Source: an uncultured Clostridia bacterium
GTDB taxonomy: Bacteria; Bacillota; Clostridia; Christensenellales; UBA1242
Reading direction: 5' to 3'
DNA: 64,000 nucleotides
Assembly (NCBI GenBank): GCA_944381135.1
Contig: CALWJY010000015.1
Span: 227,453 to 291,452, forward strand
The notes beneath the pieces were generated by a model. The model saw nothing but the letters and a program-made list of their open reading frames with translations, was not told the DNA's origin and ran no database searches. Shown here one piece after another: positions 19,955 through 30,163 of the stretch (within the stretch, counting starts at the first letter, position 1; every line of letters begins with the position of its first letter). Position numbers and translations under genes: made by a program.

Positions 19955-20575
19955 TTATCTCGAATAGAATTCAACAATCAGTTGTTCGTTGATGTCGCTG
20001 TCAATGTCTTCTCTTTCAGGAAGAGCAAGAATTTTTCCTGTGAGTGTTTCGCTGTCAAATTCCAACCATTTTGGCATAACGATTTTCATGCCTTTCAATT
20101 GTTTGAACATCTCAAGGTCTTGCTTGTTGTCTTTCACTGTGATGACATCTCCAACCTTAACTCTGTATGAAGCAATTGAAACACGCTTTCCATTCACACA
20201 GATGTGTCCATGGTTGACAATCTGACGGCACTCTGCTCTTGAAGCACCAATTCCCATACGGTAGATGACATTGTCAAGTCTTCTTTCGATGAGTGAAAGC
20301 ATTGTTGGTCCTGTTGCGCCTTTTGCTTTTGCAGCCTCATCATAATATTTGCTGAATTGTTTTTCCAAGATGCCGTACATTCTTTTAACTTTTTGTTTTT
20401 CACGAAGTTGGAGTCCATATTCTGTGACTCTCTTTCGAGATGCACCGTGTTGTCCAGGGATGACAGGTCTTCTTTCCATTGCACACTTTTTGGTTGTGCA
20501 TCTTTCGCCTTTAAGGAAAAGTTTGCGCCCCTCTCTTCGACACTGACGGCAATCTGGTTCGATTGTTCTTGCCAT
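19955..20575 (-). CDS. rpsD: 30S ribosomal protein S4
   Basis: CRQCRREGRKLFLKGERC, S4 domain RLDNVIYRMG. Confidence 0.96.
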   Translation of the reverse strand: MARTIEPDCRQCRREGRKLFLKGERCTTKKCAMERRPVIPGQHGASRKRVTEYGLQLREKQKVKRMYGILEKQFSKYYDEAAKAKGATGPTMLSLIERRLDNVIYRMGIGASRAECRQIVNHGHICVNGKRVSIASYRVKVGDVITVKDNKQDLEMFKQLKGMKIVMPKWLEFDSETLTGKILALPEREDIDSDINEQLIVEFYSR

Positions 20576-20589
20576 ATTTTTCTCTCCTT

Positions 20590-20997
20590 TTAAACTCTTC
20601 TTCTCTTAGGAGGTCTGCAACCGTTGTGTGCGATTGGAGAAACATCCTTGATGAGTGTGACCGTGAAACCAAGTGTTGAAAGGCAACGGATTGCGCTTTC
20701 TCTGCCGTTTCCTGGCCCTTTAACATAAACTTCAACAGTTCTCATTCCGTTGTCAAGCGCCACCTTTCCTGCTTGTTCAACGCAAGTTTGAGCAGCAAAT
20801 GGTGTGCTTTTCTTTGAGCCTTTAAGCCCAAGTCTTCCAGATGAGCATGAAGAAATAACATTGCCCTGCATATCTGTGAAGACAATGATGTTGTTGTTGA
20901 AAGAGGTTGTGATGTGGACTTGTCCTTTTTCAACATTTCTTGAAACTCTTTTTCTTGTTTTTACAGTTTTCTTTTTTCCTGATTTTACGTTTGCCAT
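20590..20997 (-). CDS. rpsK: 30S ribosomal protein S11
   Basis: [18 protein letters not shown]...[11 protein letters not shown]...[12 protein letters not shown]. Confidence 0.97.
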   Translation of the reverse strand: MANVKSGKKKTVKTRKRVSRNVEKGQVHITTSFNNNIIVFTDMQGNVISSCSSGRLGLKGSKKSTPFAAQTCVEQAGKVALDNGMRTVEVYVKGPGNGRESAIRCLSTLGFTVTLIKDVSPIAHNGCRPPKRRRV

Positions 20998-21008
20998 ATT
21001 CCTACCTC

Positions 21009-21386
21009 TTACTTACCTTTCTTAGAGCTTCCGCTGACAATTCTCTTTGGACCTTTTCTTGTTCTTGCATTGTTCTTTGTGCTTTGTCCACGAACCGGAA
21101 GTCCTTTTCTGTGACGAATGCCACGATAGCACCCAATTTCATTGAGTTTTTTGATGTTCATGCTCACTTTTGATTTAAGTTCACCTTCCACAATCAAATT
21201 GTGTTCAATATAGTTTCTCAGTTTTGCAACCTGGTCTTCTGTGAGGTCTTTGACGCGGATGTCCATGGAAATTCCTGTCTCTTTGCAGATGTCACGAGAA
21301 GTTTTTGGTCCAATTCCGTAGATGTATGTCAAACCATATTCCAATCTTTTGTCTCTTGGAAGGTCAACACCAGCAATTCTTGCCAT
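21009..21386 (-). CDS. rpsM: 30S ribosomal protein S13
   Basis: [14 protein letters not shown]...YGIGPKTS...[14 protein letters not shown]. Confidence 0.97.
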   Translation of the reverse strand: MARIAGVDLPRDKRLEYGLTYIYGIGPKTSRDICKETGISMDIRVKDLTEDQVAKLRNYIEHNLIVEGELKSKVSMNIKKLNEIGCYRGIRHRKGLPVRGQSTKNNARTRKGPKRIVSGSSKKGK

Positions 21387-21485
21387 ATTGTTTTTTCTCC
21401 TTTTTGGGTTTATGCCCGTTTTGTTTTGATTTTGTTTTTTGTTGCAAGCACGATGGATTTATGCTTTGCAAATTTCTTTTAAGTC

Positions 21486-21602
21486 TCAGCCTTGTGTTTG
21501 TTTATGTTTCTTGCTCTTTGAGCAGATGACCATAACCTTTCCATCTCTTTTGATGACTTTACATTTGTCACACATAGGTTTGACTGATGCTCTGACTTTC
21601 AT
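21486..21602 (-). CDS. rpmJ: 50S ribosomal protein L36
   Basis: Hand translation gives [38 protein letters not shown]. Below the ORF-track length cut-off. Lies between infA and rpsM. Confidence 0.93.
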   Translation of the reverse strand: MKVRASVKPMCDKCKVIKRDGKVMVICSKSKKHKQTQG

Positions 21603-21615
21603 AATCCTCTCCTTT

Positions 21616-21837
21616 TTAACCCTTCTCTCTCCAAGTTATTCTTCCTTTTGAGAGGTCATATGGGCTCATTTCAATTTTAACTTTGTCGCCTTCAATGATT
21701 CTGATGAAGTTTTGTCTGAGTTTTCCAGAGATGTATGCCGTGATGACATGACCATTTGAAAGTGTCACTTTGAATGTCATGCTTGGCAAAACTTCCGTCA
21801 CAACTCCTTCAAATTCAATTACATCTTGTTTTGACAT
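21616..21837 (-). CDS. infA: translation initiation factor IF-1
   Basis: [41 protein letters not shown]... S1-like fold, 73 aa. Confidence 0.97.
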   Translation of the reverse strand: MSKQDVIEFEGVVTEVLPSMTFKVTLSNGHVITAYISGKLRQNFIRIIEGDKVKIEMSPYDLSKGRITWREKG

Positions 21838-22097
21838 AAAAGGCTCCTTTCTTTCAAAAATTTTCTTACAGCCGCATTGACGTTTTCTTGCCCAGATTTA
21901 AGTTTTTCTTCATCAAACTTTTCTTTTGAAGCCTTCTGGACATGTTTAAGGCTCTTTTTCTTCGGTTTTGTGATTTTCAGTCGATGTCCGTCAATCAAAT
22001 AGCAAAATTTTCCATCAACAGAGAGCACCACAAAAAATTGATTTTTTTCTTTTCCAGCAGTGGCAATCACCACATCACCTGTTTGCAAATTCATCAT
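21819..22097 (-). CDS. KOW-domain RNA-binding protein (map-infA spacer gene typical of Firmicutes)
   Basis: [23 protein letters not shown] motif. Overlaps the map 3' end and the infA 5' end. Confidence 0.75.
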   Translation of the reverse strand: MMNLQTGDVVIATAGKEKNQFFVVLSVDGKFCYLIDGHRLKITKPKKKSLKHVQKASKEKFDEEKLKSGQENVNAAVRKFLKERSLLCQNKM

Positions 22098-22845
22098 CTT
22101 TCTCCAAAGTCAAAATTTCCAAACCTTGTCTTGTGAAAAGAACGGTGTTTTCATAGTGTGCGGATGGTTTTTCGTCTCGAGTGACAATTCCCCATCCATC
22201 TCTAAGCATGCCAATCTCTTTCTTTCCTGCATTAATCATAGGTTCAATTGCAAGCACAGCATTTTCAGTGATGATTGGTCCATCAGTTGGTTTGCCATAG
22301 TTCAGCACTGATGGGGGCTCATGCATTTTCTTGCCTATTCCATGTCCCGAAAGTTCACGGACAACCGAAAATCCGTTGCTTTCTGCGTGAGTCTGAATGG
22401 CATTTGAAAGTTTGCCCAAGCGGTCGCCAATTCTGAGGTTTTCAATTCCTTTGAAGAAGCACTCTTTGGTCACCCTCATAAGTTTTTCCTTTTCAGGACT
22501 CACCTTTCCGACAGGATAGGTTCTGGCAGCGTCTCCGTGATAGCCCTTATATGCCACCACAAGGTCAACGCTGACAATGTCGCCTTCTTTCAAAACGATG
22601 TCTTTTCTTGGAATTCCATGCACCACCATGTCATTCACAGAGATGCAAGTTGCAGCCGGAAATCCTTCATATCCAAGGCACGCAGGCGACCCACCACTTT
22701 CAATTATAAACTTTTCAATGGATTTGTCAAGATCATAAGTCGAAACTCCCGGCTTTATCAACGTTTTGGCATAAATCAAAGCGTCGCGCGTAAGCTGGCA
22801 AGCTTTTTTGATTAAGACAATTTCCGCAGGTGTTTTTGAAATCAC
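22075..22845 (-). CDS. map: type I methionine aminopeptidase
   Basis: VHGIP, DIVSVDL, GYHGDAARTY, SGHGIG, and EP/E metal ligands. Confidence 0.95.
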   Translation of the reverse strand: MISKTPAEIVLIKKACQLTRDALIYAKTLIKPGVSTYDLDKSIEKFIIESGGSPACLGYEGFPAATCISVNDMVVHGIPRKDIVLKEGDIVSVDLVVAYKGYHGDAARTYPVGKVSPEKEKLMRVTKECFFKGIENLRIGDRLGKLSNAIQTHAESNGFSVVRELSGHGIGKKMHEPPSVLNYGKPTDGPIITENAVLAIEPMINAGKKEIGMLRDGWGIVTRDEKPSAHYENTVLFTRQGLEILTLEKDDEFANR

Positions 22846-23465
22846 TTCATTTTTCCTTTTAAAAAGTCTTTCACAGGTTTGTATGTGTCTTCAGGGTCAT
22901 CTTGACTTGAAATCACAAACAACCTATCAGCGTAGAAGTCTATGAGTGGTGTCGTTTGTTTATCATACACTTCCAGACGAGTTTTGATTGCATCCAACTT
23001 ATCGTCATCACGTTGGACAAGTTTTCCTCCACATTTTTCACAAGTGTCACTTGAATAGGTGGTTGTGCTGTAGATTGCTCCGCACCCCTTGCACACACGC
23101 CTTGAAAGCATACGGTTGATGCATTCTTCATATGGCAAGTCAATTTTAATCACCCAATCAACATTTGTGATTTCTTTGAGGGCTTCAGCTTGCTCGATTG
23201 AACGTGGAAAGCCGTCAAACATAACTCCCCTCTTGCAGTCAGGCTGACTGAGGCGTGCCTTCAAGATTTTGAGTGTGAGTTCAAGTGGAACAAGCAGACC
23301 TTTGTCCATATATTCCTTTGCCTCAAGCCCCAATTTTTCTTTTTTGGCAATTAACTCTCGAAACAAATCTCCTGTTGAAATTGGCACGAGTCCAAAATCG
23401 CGATTGATTTTTTTTGCAAGAGTCCCTTTTCCACTTCCTTGTGGTCCAATGAGAAGTATGTTCAT
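22842..23465 (-). CDS. adk: adenylate kinase (zinc-lid type)
   Basis: MNILLIGPQGSGKGT with AAGGAGGG SD. Lid has CKGCG...CEKCGG. The ORF-track N-terminal extension was trimmed. Confidence 0.95.
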   Translation of the reverse strand: MNILLIGPQGSGKGTLAKKINRDFGLVPISTGDLFRELIAKKEKLGLEAKEYMDKGLLVPLELTLKILKARLSQPDCKRGVMFDGFPRSIEQAEALKEITNVDWVIKIDLPYEECINRMLSRRVCKGCGAIYSTTTYSSDTCEKCGGKLVQRDDDKLDAIKTRLEVYDKQTTPLIDFYADRLFVISSQDDPEDTYKPVKDFLKGKMK

Positions 23466-23686
23466 TTTCCCTCCTTGTGTGGTGTGATGAATTGTTTTCA
23501 AACCCTCATCAAAAGGTTCAGCGTTGTTGCACATTCTTTTTTTTGTTTAACGACCAAAAAGAAGGTCTCGAACATCACAAATTTGTGTCGTTCACATAAT
23601 TTTAACATAAATTTCAAGAAAATTCAATAGACTTTCCGAAATTTATGATTACTTGTCCGAGTGAGACAAGCCATAAGCCCTCTCAC

Positions 23687-24982
23687 TCAGTTAAGAAATC
23701 CTTTATAGTTTCGCATCAGCATCTGTGCTTCCAAACTCTTGTCAAATTCCAAAGCAACCGAAACAATGATCATAAGCCCTGTTGTTGAGAATGCATTGAT
23801 CAGCGATGCAAGCGTCAAATCGTCAATTGCCTTAAATGCCAAAGATGGAATGAGTGCAATGAATGCAAGGAACACTGCACCAAACAGCGTGATTCTTCGA
23901 GAAATCTTTTTCAGATAGTCCGAAGTCGATTTCCCCGGTCTTATTCCCGGAATGAAACCACCCTGCTGTTGAAGCCTTCTTGAGATGTCGTCTGTGTCGA
24001 ATGTAATTTGTGCATAGAAAAATGCAAATGCAAAAATCAAAATTGCAAGCAGAACGATGTAAACCCAAGAACTTGTGCCCATATAGGTTTGATACCACTG
24101 CATAGCGCTTGAATCTGGCCAGAAAATGCTCATGACGAGTTGTGGAAGTGTCAAAAGTGAAGTTGCAAAGATGATTGGCATAACGCCAGAAGCATTCAAT
24201 TTGATTGGAATGAATGTGTCTTGACCACCATACATCTTTCTTCCCTTGATTTGTTTGGCATATTTCACACCAACGCGTCTTTCAGAACTGTCGATGAAGA
24301 CAATAAGACCAAAAATCAACACAAGTGCAACGATGTAGATGATGATCATCCAAAGATTTTCAATATTTTTGCCTACTTGAGAAATTGCATCTGAAATTCC
24401 TTGTGCAGAAGATGAGATGATTCCCACAAAGATGAGGAGGCTCATTCCGTTTCCAATTCCAACTTGTGTGATTTTTTCACCAAGCCAAACAGTGAACATT
24501 CCACCAGCAGTCAAAATCAGCACAATTCCTGTGGCAATAAGCCATGTTGGAAGTGACAAGATGTCTGTGTTGATGTATTCTTGGAAAGAGACCACAATTC
24601 CAATTGCCTGTGCAAGTGCCAAAACAAGTGCACAAATTCGAGTGTAGAACTGAATTTTTCTTCTTCCATCTTCACCTTGCTTTGAAAGTCTTTCAAGAGA
24701 TGGAATTGCAACTGTCAAAAGTTGAATGACAATTGAGGCAGTGATGTATGGCGAGACGCCAAGTGCCAAAATTGAACCATTTGACAACGCATCACCAGAC
24801 AACATATTCATAAGTGAGAAAAATGTTGTGCCTTCAGTTTCAGACTGCATTGCCTCAGACAAGTCAAAGCCCGGGCAAACAAGCGCGCATCCAACTCTGA
24901 ACAAAATCAAAAGACCAAGAGTGATGAGGATTTTCTTTCTCAAGTCTTTAACTTTAAAAGCGTTTACGAGAGTTTTAAACAT
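23687..24982 (-). CDS. secY: preprotein translocase subunit SecY
   Basis: 431 aa, 10-TM pattern, LGVSPYITASIVIQLL, FIPGIRPG. Confidence 0.97.
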   Translation of the reverse strand: MFKTLVNAFKVKDLRKKILITLGLLILFRVGCALVCPGFDLSEAMQSETEGTTFFSLMNMLSGDALSNGSILALGVSPYITASIVIQLLTVAIPSLERLSKQGEDGRRKIQFYTRICALVLALAQAIGIVVSFQEYINTDILSLPTWLIATGIVLILTAGGMFTVWLGEKITQVGIGNGMSLLIFVGIISSSAQGISDAISQVGKNIENLWMIIIYIVALVLIFGLIVFIDSSERRVGVKYAKQIKGRKMYGGQDTFIPIKLNASGVMPIIFATSLLTLPQLVMSIFWPDSSAMQWYQTYMGTSSWVYIVLLAILIFAFAFFYAQITFDTDDISRRLQQQGGFIPGIRPGKSTSDYLKKISRRITLFGAVFLAFIALIPSLAFKAIDDLTLASLINAFSTTGLMIIVSVALEFDKSLEAQMLMRNYKGFLN

Positions 24983-24985
24983 GAT

Positions 24986-25435
24986 TTACTCCTCTGGGAT
25001 AAATTTTCCACCTGCTTTTTCAATTTTCTCAATCGCAGATTTTGTGGCTTTTGCGCCATGAATGGTGAGAGGTTTTGTGAGATTTCCATTCCCCAAAACT
25101 TTCAAGCCATATGGTTGTCTTTTGCCAATCACTCTTGTTTCATACAAAAGTTCTTCTGTGATTTCTGTGTTAGGTTCAAAAATTTCAAGGTCTCCAACAT
25201 TGACTGTTGAATAAACTTTGCGATAGTTAAAGTTGTTAAATCCGCGAATTGGGATTTTTCTGATCATTGGGATGTTTCCACCCTCAAAACCTGCTTTAAC
25301 TCCGCCACCGCTTCTTGCGTTTTGTCCTTTGTGACCTTTTCCAGAAGTTTTGCCAATTCCAGAGCCGATTCCACGACCAACTCTCACTTTCTTTGTGGTT
25401 GAACCTTGCGCTGGTTTAAGATTTTCCAATTTCAT
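24986..25435 (-). CDS. rplO: 50S ribosomal protein L15
   Basis: MKLENLKPAQGS...RVGRGIGSGIGKTSGKGHKGQ. Confidence 0.96.
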   Translation of the reverse strand: MKLENLKPAQGSTTKKVRVGRGIGSGIGKTSGKGHKGQNARSGGGVKAGFEGGNIPMIRKIPIRGFNNFNYRKVYSTVNVGDLEIFEPNTEITEELLYETRVIGKRQPYGLKVLGNGNLTKPLTIHGAKATKSAIEKIEKAGGKFIPEE

Positions 25436-25443
25436 ATGTCACC

Positions 25444-25632
25444 TCACTCTTCAACCACTTCAACGAGGTGTGCCACATGGTGCAAACTTCCGCGAACACT
25501 CTCGTTGTCTGGCAGGATTCTTGTTTGATTAAGTTTCTTAAAGCCAAGAGCCTCAAGGATTTTCATTTGGTTTTTGTTATATCCAATTGCACTCCTAACC
25601 CAAGTCACTTTCAATTGTTTTTCTTTTTTCAT
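25444..25632 (-). CDS. rpmD: 50S ribosomal protein L30
   Basis: LKVTWVRSAIGYNKNQMKILEALGF. 62 aa. Confidence 0.93.
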   Translation of the reverse strand: MKKEKQLKVTWVRSAIGYNKNQMKILEALGFKKLNQTRILPDNESVRGSLHHVAHLVEVVEE

Positions 25633-25644
25633 ATTGCCCTCCGA

Positions 25645-26184
25645 TTAAATTTCCTCAGGCTTTTTGCCACGACGAGCAGCAATTTCCTCTCTTGTTTTGA
25701 GAGAAAGAAGCCCATTCAAAGTTGCTCTGACAACGTTGATTCTGTTGGTTGAGCCATGAATTTTTGTCACGATGTTTTTCACACCAGCAACTTCCAAAAC
25801 CGCTCTGGCAGCACCACCGGCAATCACACCATGACCAACAGGCGCTGGCATCATGAGAATGCTTGTTGTGCTGTATTTTCCAACAGTTTCGTGAGGAATT
25901 GTTCCGTCAACAATGGAAACCGCTTTCATGTTTTTCTTTGCAACAACAGTTGCTTTGTCGATTGCGTTTGGAACTTCGTTGGCTTTTCCCATTCCCATTC
26001 CAACATTTCCTTTGCCGTCACCAATGACAACAAGTGCAGAAAAACGCATTGTTCGTCCACCTTTGACAACCTTGTTGACTCTGCGGACATGAACAAGTCT
26101 TTTGTCAAGACCGTCATCAATCTTGACAGGTCTTTCACGACGAGCGCCTTGACCTTCTCTTTTCTTCTTAATTTCTTCAGCCAT
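25645..26184 (-). CDS. rpsE: 30S ribosomal protein S5
   Basis: VRRVNKVVKGGRTMRFSALVVIGDGKGNVGMGMGKA. Confidence 0.97.
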   Translation of the reverse strand: MAEEIKKKREGQGARRERPVKIDDGLDKRLVHVRRVNKVVKGGRTMRFSALVVIGDGKGNVGMGMGKANEVPNAIDKATVVAKKNMKAVSIVDGTIPHETVGKYSTTSILMMPAPVGHGVIAGGAARAVLEVAGVKNIVTKIHGSTNRINVVRATLNGLLSLKTREEIAARRGKKPEEI

Positions 26185-26193
26185 TGCTTCCTC

Positions 26194-26562
26194 CTAAAAC
26201 TTCAGCCCTGATGCTCTTGCACCATCGGCAACTGCTTGAACTCGACCTGTATAGAGGTAGCCTCCTCTGTCGAAAACAACTTCAGTGATTTTCTTCTGCA
26301 CAGCGCGCTTTCCAACTGTTTCACCAACAATTCTTGCAGCTTCTGTTTTGGTTTTTCCTTTGATGGCATCTGCAACTTCTTTGTCAAGTGTGGAAGCAGA
26401 AACAAGTGTGATTCCCTTAGAATCGTCAATAATTTGTGCATAGATGTTTGACAAACTGCGATACACAGAAAGTCTTGGTCTTTCAGATGTTCCGTTCAAG
26501 TTTTTTCTGACTCTTTTATGACGCACAACTCTGTCTTTGTTTTTATCTCTAACAGTGATCAT
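26194..26562 (-). CDS. rplR: 50S ribosomal protein L18
   Basis: [20 protein letters not shown]...[26 protein letters not shown]. Confidence 0.96.
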   Translation of the reverse strand: MITVRDKNKDRVVRHKRVRKNLNGTSERPRLSVYRSLSNIYAQIIDDSKGITLVSASTLDKEVADAIKGKTKTEAARIVGETVGKRAVQKKITEVVFDRGGYLYTGRVQAVADGARASGLKF

Positions 26563-26573
26563 TTAACTTCCTC

Positions 26574-27113
26574 CTACTTCTTACCTTTTGCAGTCTTACC
26601 AACTTTTCTAACCAAACGTTCACCGTCCACATGGATGCCATATCCGTGATATGGTTCATATGGTCTCTTTGATCTGATGATTGCGCAGAACTGTCCGACT
26701 TTTTGTTTGTCAATTCCAGAAACAACAATTTCTGTTGCTGATGGACATGACACTTTGAGGTCTGATGGAATTTCAACTTCGATTGGATGAGAATATCCCA
26801 AGCCCATCACAAGTTTGTTTCCATTCACTTGAGCTTTATAACCAACACCGGCAACAACAAGTTTCTTTTCCCAGCCTTTTGTGACTCCGACAACCATGTT
26901 GTTTGCAAGTGCTCTTGCAAGCCCTTGTTTTGCATTGTATGCTTCGTTTGAATATGTGAAGTGAAGTTCGCCATCTTTAACTTCGGTTTTGACGTTTTTG
27001 TCAACAACTTCACTTAGTGTCCCTTTTGGACCAGTTATTGTGACAACATCGCCGTTTCTTTCGAATGTGACGCCCGCTTCAAGTTTGATTGGTTTGTTTC
27101 CTATTCTTGACAT
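26574..27113 (-). CDS. rplF: 50S ribosomal protein L6
   Basis: MSRIGNKPIKL preceded by GAGGAGG. The ORF-track extension was trimmed. Confidence 0.95.
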   Translation of the reverse strand: MSRIGNKPIKLEAGVTFERNGDVVTITGPKGTLSEVVDKNVKTEVKDGELHFTYSNEAYNAKQGLARALANNMVVGVTKGWEKKLVVAGVGYKAQVNGNKLVMGLGYSHPIEVEIPSDLKVSCPSATEIVVSGIDKQKVGQFCAIIRSKRPYEPYHGYGIHVDGERLVRKVGKTAKGKK

Positions 27114-27123
27114 ATCAGCCTCC

Positions 27124-27522
27124 TCACCACACATAAGCGAGAACTTCGCCACCAACATTCAAGCTTCTTGCAACTTTGTCTGTCACAATACCTTTGTTTG
27201 TTGAGATGATGGCAATTCCAAGCCCGCTGATGACTTTTGGAAGTTTGTCTTTTTCAGAATAGATTCTAAGACCTGGCTTTGAAATTCTTCTGAGCCCTTG
27301 GATGACACTTTGTCCATCTTCATCATATTTGATTGTGATTTCGATGTTTTTGAATTTTCCAGCGTCCACAAGTTTATATTCTGAAATGTATCCCTCTTCC
27401 AAAAGGATTTTTGTGATTTCTAATTTTTCTTTTGATGCAGGAATTTCAACAGTCTTGTGCTTAGCCGCAATGGCATTGCGAAGACGAGTCAACATATCTG
27501 CGATTGGATCTGTTACGAACAT
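27124..27522 (-). CDS. rpsH: 30S ribosomal protein S8
   Basis: [17 protein letters not shown] preceded by TAAGGAGGGG. ...[10 protein letters not shown]-terminus. Confidence 0.96.
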   Translation of the reverse strand: MFVTDPIADMLTRLRNAIAAKHKTVEIPASKEKLEITKILLEEGYISEYKLVDAGKFKNIEITIKYDEDGQSVIQGLRRISKPGLRIYSEKDKLPKVISGLGIAIISTNKGIVTDKVARSLNVGGEVLAYVW

Positions 27523-27533
27523 ATTTCCCCTCC

Positions 27534-27719
27534 TTACCAACTTGACTTTTTCACGCCAGGGATTTCCCCGCGGTTAGCCATTTCTCTGAAACAAATTCTG
27601 CAAATGCCATACTTCTTAAGCACTGCGTGAGGTCTGCCACAGATTGAGCAACGAGTATATGCCCTTGATTTATATTTTGGTGTTCTTTTTTGTTTTGCAA
27701 TTAATGATTTCTTTGCCAT
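27534..27719 (-). CDS. rpsZ: 30S ribosomal protein S14 type Z (zinc-binding)
   Basis: 61 aa. [23 protein letters not shown]. Confidence 0.95.
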   Translation of the reverse strand: MAKKSLIAKQKRTPKYKSRAYTRCSICGRPHAVLKKYGICRICFREMANRGEIPGVKKSSW

Positions 27720-27731
27720 AAATCGTTCCTC

Positions 27732-28280
27732 CTATCTGGCGAAAGGCAAGCCAAGTGCCTTCAAAAGTGCTTTCGCCTCTGCATCAGTTTTTGCAGTGGT
27801 GATGAAAGACACATCAAGTCCTCTGATTTTTTCCACTTTGTCATATGAAATTTCTGGGAAAATGAGTTGTTCCTTGATGCCCATGGAATAGTTTCCTCTG
27901 CCATCAAAAGATTTGTCTGAAATTCCTCTGAAGTCTCTCACTCTTGGCAATGCAATTGCTGTGAGTCTGTCAAAGAATTCATACATTCTTGTTCCACGAA
28001 GTGTCACCTTTGCACCAATTTTCATACCTGCTCTAACTTTGAAGTTTGAGATGGCTTTCTTTGCTTTTGTTGTGACCGGTTTTTGTCCTGCAATCAATCC
28101 AAGTTCTTCAACTGCTGTGTTGAAACTCTTTGAATTGTCTTTGACATCTCCAAGGCCCATGTTAAGCACAATTTTGACAAGTTTTGGAACTTCGTTGATG
28201 TTTTTATATCCAAATTCTTTGATAAGTGCTGGAACAATTTCTTCTCTATATCTCTTTAAAGTTTGGTTTTGTTCTTTCAT
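27732..28280 (-). CDS. rplE: 50S ribosomal protein L5
   Basis: [17 protein letters not shown]...[14 protein letters not shown]. Confidence 0.96.
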   Translation of the reverse strand: MKEQNQTLKRYREEIVPALIKEFGYKNINEVPKLVKIVLNMGLGDVKDNSKSFNTAVEELGLIAGQKPVTTKAKKAISNFKVRAGMKIGAKVTLRGTRMYEFFDRLTAIALPRVRDFRGISDKSFDGRGNYSMGIKEQLIFPEISYDKVEKIRGLDVSFITTAKTDAEAKALLKALGLPFAR

Positions 28281-28291
28281 TTTCCACCACC

Positions 28292-28873
28292 TTACGCTTT
28301 CTTAGAAACTTGCTTTGTCGACTTTTGTGTTTTTTCTGCTTTCTCTGTGCTTTCTTTCTTCACAGCGGAAGCCTTTGTTGTTGCAGATTTCTTTTCTGCT
28401 GTTTTTGTTTCAACCTTTTTTTCTGCTGGTGCAGTTTTGGTTGTCTTTGGAGCAGTTTTCTTCTCTGCTTTTGCAGCCTCTTTTGTTTCCTTAACTGCTT
28501 TCACAGGAGTTTCTGCCTTTGTTGATTTTTTGTTTTCTTTCTTTGTTGCTTTGACATATTCTTTGTCCAAAGATACGCCACATTTGCAAACGCGAACTTT
28601 TTTGCCATCAATCACTTTGTGATGAATTCTTGTTGCTTTTCCGCAAGATGGACAAACAACCATAACATTTGAGGCATCAATTGGAGCGTTCTTCTTGATG
28701 ATTCCGCTCTTTTCCTGTTGATTTCTTGCTTTTTTGTGTTTTGTGACGATGTTGATTCCTTCCACCAAAACTCTGTTATCCTCAGGGAAAACTTCTTGCA
28801 CTTTGCCAGTTTTTCCTTTGTCTTTTCCAGCGATAACCACAACATTGTCGCCTTTTTTAACTGTCATTTTCAT
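28292..28873 (-). CDS. rplX: 50S ribosomal protein L24 with CxxC...CxC motif and ~85-aa Lys/Ala/Thr-rich C-terminal extension
   Basis: KOW core [21 protein letters not shown]. Then [26 protein letters not shown]. Then a KATKKENKK...[10 protein letters not shown] tail. 193 aa versus the usual ~100. Confidence 0.9.
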   Translation of the reverse strand: MKMTVKKGDNVVVIAGKDKGKTGKVQEVFPEDNRVLVEGINIVTKHKKARNQQEKSGIIKKNAPIDASNVMVVCPSCGKATRIHHKVIDGKKVRVCKCGVSLDKEYVKATKKENKKSTKAETPVKAVKETKEAAKAEKKTAPKTTKTAPAEKKVETKTAEKKSATTKASAVKKESTEKAEKTQKSTKQVSKKA

Positions 28874-28887
28874 CGAACGTTCTCCTT

Positions 28888-29256
28888 TTAAATAACTTCT
28901 GGTGCGAGAGAAATGATTTTCATGTATCCTTTGTCACGAAGTTCTCTTGCAATTGGTCCAAACACACGAGTGCCTTTAGGCTGTTTTTGATTGTCGATGA
29001 TGACTGCTGCATTATCGTCAAAACGAATGTGTGAACCATCAGGTCTGTTCAAACCCTTTGTTGTTCTCACAATGACTGCTTTCACAACATCACCTTTCTT
29101 CACACTGCCACCAGGAATGGCTTTCTTGACAGAAGCCACAATGATGTCGCCAATGTTGCCGCTTCTTCTGAAAGAACCGCCAAGCACGCGAATGCACATA
29201 ATTTCCTTAGCACCTGTGTTGTCAGCAACTTTAAGTCTTGTTTGAGGTTGTACCAT
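28888..29256 (-). CDS. rplN: 50S ribosomal protein L14
   Basis: [27 protein letters not shown]. Confidence 0.97.
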   Translation of the reverse strand: MVQPQTRLKVADNTGAKEIMCIRVLGGSFRRSGNIGDIIVASVKKAIPGGSVKKGDVVKAVIVRTTKGLNRPDGSHIRFDDNAAVIIDNQKQPKGTRVFGPIARELRDKGYMKIISLAPEVI

Positions 29257-29270
29257 AATTCACACCTTCC

Positions 29271-29531
29271 TTATTCAGCCTTTTCAACGATTTTAACAAC
29301 TCTGAAGCGTTTTTCTTTTGAAAGTGGACGAGTTTCCATCAATTGAACAACATCGCCAACTCCGCATTCATTGTTTTCGTCGTGTGCCTTGAATTTTCTT
29401 GATTTTTGTACGACTTTTTTATAAAGTGGGTCCTTAACTCTGTAAGTGACCTTAACAACGATGGTTTTGTTCATCGTGCCGGCTTTTTCAACAACACCTT
29501 GGATGGTGTTTCTCATATTTCTACTTTCCAT
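29271..29531 (-). CDS. rpsQ: 30S ribosomal protein S17
   Basis: Start set at the ATG at 29531, preceded by GGAGGAAAC. KTIVVKVTYRVKDPLYKK...VGDVVQLMETRPLSK. Confidence 0.93.
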   Translation of the reverse strand: MESRNMRNTIQGVVEKAGTMNKTIVVKVTYRVKDPLYKKVVQKSRKFKAHDENNECGVGDVVQLMETRPLSKEKRFRVVKIVEKAE

Positions 29532-29730
29532 CGTTGTTTCCTCCATTAGATTTTTCTCTTATTGCAGTTTGCACGCGGGCAATTTCTCTTCTGACATTTC
29601 TGATTTCAAGAGGGTTTGCCAAGTTTCTTGTTGCGTGTGAAAAACGAAGATTAAAGAGTTCGTTTTTCAATTCTTTAAGTCTCGCGTCAAGTTGTGCAAG
29701 TGACAAAGTTTTGATTTCTTCATTCTTCAT
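29521..29730 (-). CDS. rpmC: 50S ribosomal protein L29
   Basis: [30 protein letters not shown]. Start overlaps the rplP 3' end. Confidence 0.92.
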   Translation of the reverse strand: MKNEEIKTLSLAQLDARLKELKNELFNLRFSHATRNLANPLEIRNVRREIARVQTAIREKSNGGNNDGK

Positions 29731-30163
29731 TCTTCTCACCACCTTCTTCTGTTGCAGTTTCCTTCTTCACGAATTTGGTCTTGCAAGGAAGTTTGTGTCC
29801 AGCAAGTCTAAGTGCCTCTCTTGCAACTTCTTCCGAAACGCCTTCAATTTCAAAAAGCACTCTGCCTGGTTTGACAACTGCAACCCAAAATTCTGGGTTT
29901 CCCTTTCCTGAACCCATACGAGTTTCAGCAGGTTTTTTGGTGACAGGTTTGTCAGGGAAAATCTTGATCCAAACCTTTCCACCTCTTTTGATGTATCGAG
30001 TCAGTGCAATACGAGCAGCCTCGATTTGATTAGATTTAATCCAGCAAGGTTCGCATGCAATGATGCCAAATGTGCCGTATGCAAGAGTGTTGCCTCTTGT
30101 TGCCTTTCCGGTCATTCTGCCACGCATAACCTTTCTTCTTTTAACTCTTTTAGGCATTAACAT
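29720..30163 (-). CDS. rplP: 50S ribosomal protein L16
   Basis: [21 protein letters not shown]...[19 protein letters not shown]. Confidence 0.97.
   Translation of the reverse strand: MLMPKRVKRRKVMRGRMTGKATRGNTLAYGTFGIIACEPCWIKSNQIEAARIALTRYIKRGGKVWIKIFPDKPVTKKPAETRMGSGKGNPEFWVAVVKPGRVLFEIEGVSEEVAREALRLAGHKLPCKTKFVKKETATEEGGEKNEE

Noticed and set aside
22842-23534. N-terminal extensions given by the ORF track for adk, rplF, rpsH, rplA, whiA, pfkA, argS, pgk, dusB, rpsQ, rpmC, the sufBD gene, the DUF1540 gene, the DUF5050-like gene and the 231-aa gene.
   Set aside because: In each case an internal ATG is preceded at 5-10 nt by a strong GGAGG-type SD and matches the conserved family N-terminus. 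The extensions have no SD and overlap upstream genes.
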